Assembly (NCBI GenBank): GCA_951406725.2
Contig: OX597818.1
Location: 96,782,001-96,846,000, forward strand
Length of the DNA stretch: 64,000 nucleotides
Source of the DNA: Octopus vulgaris
Taxonomy: Eukaryota
Direction of reading: 5' to 3'
Shown here: one piece after another, positions 62,231 to 64,000 of the stretch
How positions within the stretch are numbered: position 1 is the stretch's first letter
Layout: the number at the start of each line of letters is the position of its first letter
Notes under the pieces: model-generated
The model's input: only the letters and a program-made list of their open reading frames with translations
What the model was told of the DNA's origin: nothing
Databases searched by the model: none
Program-made: the position numbers and the translations under genes

Positions 62231-64000
62231 AGTATTGCAAGCAATTAGTAATCTTGTTTTCATTATTTTCTACTCTCTTTTAGTATTTGTGTTTTGAATA
62301 TATTTTTCTTGTGTTTGGTAGATATATCGTCAATATAAACAAGAATTTACACAATCATTATATAATAATTTTGTTTAGCGACGACACAATATTCAGTTTA
62401 CAAACTAAAGCATCATAATATCAGAGGAATATATCTTAAAGAGCCAAACTGATATTTACACACAGTCACTCAAAGGGATGCTTTTGATATGCAGGTACGA
62501 TTATGCATTTCACTTCTTTTTAAATGCAACCAATTTCTTATTATATCTCAAGGTATTTAAGCAATGAGACGCAAATGTAATATAACAGTATCAGTTGTAA
62601 TTAAATGCATCTCATTATTAACGACGTAGGTAAATGTTGGATCTGTGATAACATTTGCAGTTGTTTGAATAAAATTAAGCCACTGTGATTGCTAAGTATC
62701 AACCACCATTTACTGATCTTTCCTTGACACATCTTACTCAAAGCATAGCAAATATTGCATTCCAATGATTAGCCAGGATCAGGAAACATTTCTGGTCAGC
62801 TACTGACTCTGCAACACTCAAGTCAAGTCAACTTTTAGATGAAATGTCCGGAAACTATGCAGTTACAATTATATGCAAAAATGCTAGTCCGTCGGCAAAC
62901 GTTTTCACGAGAGTGCCCCATGCAAACAATAATCTTTTAAAACGTATCTGTAGAAAATTCTGAGTGTTAGATTATCATTTTTAATATATCTATATTTTAC
63001 AAATTATTTTACGGGAGGATGATGACAAAATGCTTTCAAATGTTCTTTAAAAAAGTCTGTTTAGAGAACCGTTAAACTGTAAATTGTCTGAATTGGCTAT
63101 CATTGGAAATTGCATGCTTGTTTTAAGATAGATATTCATAAAAAGTAAAATTACAGTGGTAATAAATCAGAAATAATTTTCACGAAAACCTTTTTGTTTA
63201 TTTTTTGTTTATAATATATAACAGAGAAACAGAAATAAATAGAAACATTTCAAGAAGTATATTGAAGCAGTTTCTAATGAATATATTTTAAAAATCAGTT
63301 TAAAAAATAATAAAGTATAAATAGTATTGTATATCATAAACATTTTCAATAATAATTAAAATCAATGTGTTTAAATACGACTGTTCAAAAATGTATCTGC
63401 TGTATATTATACCTTAATAAGACAGAATAAATATAAATGTTTATAAAATGAAAATTAAAAAAAATAATTAAAATCTATTTTACTATTAGCGAGACTTACT
63501 ATTCGTCCAGCTATAACATACTTTATATCAGGATTGTATTTAACAAATTTAAAATTTATGCAAGCAACAGTGACTTCATGAGTAACTACTATAAAAATTA
63601 GAACATCTATAGATTTGACATAGTTCATCGCTGAAACATTGATCCTCAGAAGCATGTTGAGAAAATATTAATATATTGTTACGGTAAGATTTTCAGACAG
63701 GCACCAGTTTCAGAAATGAAATTCTAAAGTTTCAACACACCGATCTCAGCATTTTTCAGCCCTAGTCAATCTTTTTCAATGTTTTTTTTTTCTATTTTAG
63801 TTTTTACGTCTACAACTCTTTGCTTATGAATTTAACTGCTTTGCAAATTAATCAGTTTTGTCCAAAATTATCCAATTCAATGCACTGCATACTTTCTAGA
63901 TTCTAATAACATAGAGTTACTTAGAAATAATTATGAAAGATCATGTACGACAATTATCGGAAAGAGTAAAGAGCGGATATTGATAAATCAGTCACTCTTT

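Noticed and set aside
62131-64000. An eighth functional unit (FU-h) or downstream gene
   Set aside because: In-frame stop after FU-g; downstream sequence is AT-rich with no hemocyanin motifs

Overview
AT-rich, microsatellite- and transposon-dense eukaryotic DNA, almost certainly from an octopod cephalopod. The only intact host gene is a complete molluscan hemocyanin gene on the + strand. It has a TATA box at 46603, ATG at 46678, 12 coding exons and a stop at 62130. The spliced CDS is 8754 nt = 2917 aa: a 22-aa signal peptide plus seven functional units a-g, closely resembling Octopus G-type hemocyanin. The upstream ~46 kb has no recognisable host exons. It is a nested set of decayed elements: RLE-type (R4/Dong-like), RTE and Tx1 LINEs, tRNA-derived SINEs, Tc1/mariner, Chapaev3-like, hAT and Helitron. 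The most notable non-routine observations are: (i) two Tx1-clade LINEs, one of them ORF1-only, inserted in tandem at the same position of a SINE tRNA head, with a triplicated target site and a shared 3' end; (ii) a cluster of hammerhead-ribozyme-bearing, Penelope-like inserts in (TA)n tracts, including an inverted pair with a compensatory U3-A8 core; (iii) RLE LINEs chained in (TACA)n with a covarying 3' hairpin; (iv) an 11x reiteration of a retroposon 5' end; and (v) a SINE trimer with a single TSD. All family assignments come from motif recognition by eye; no database search was run.
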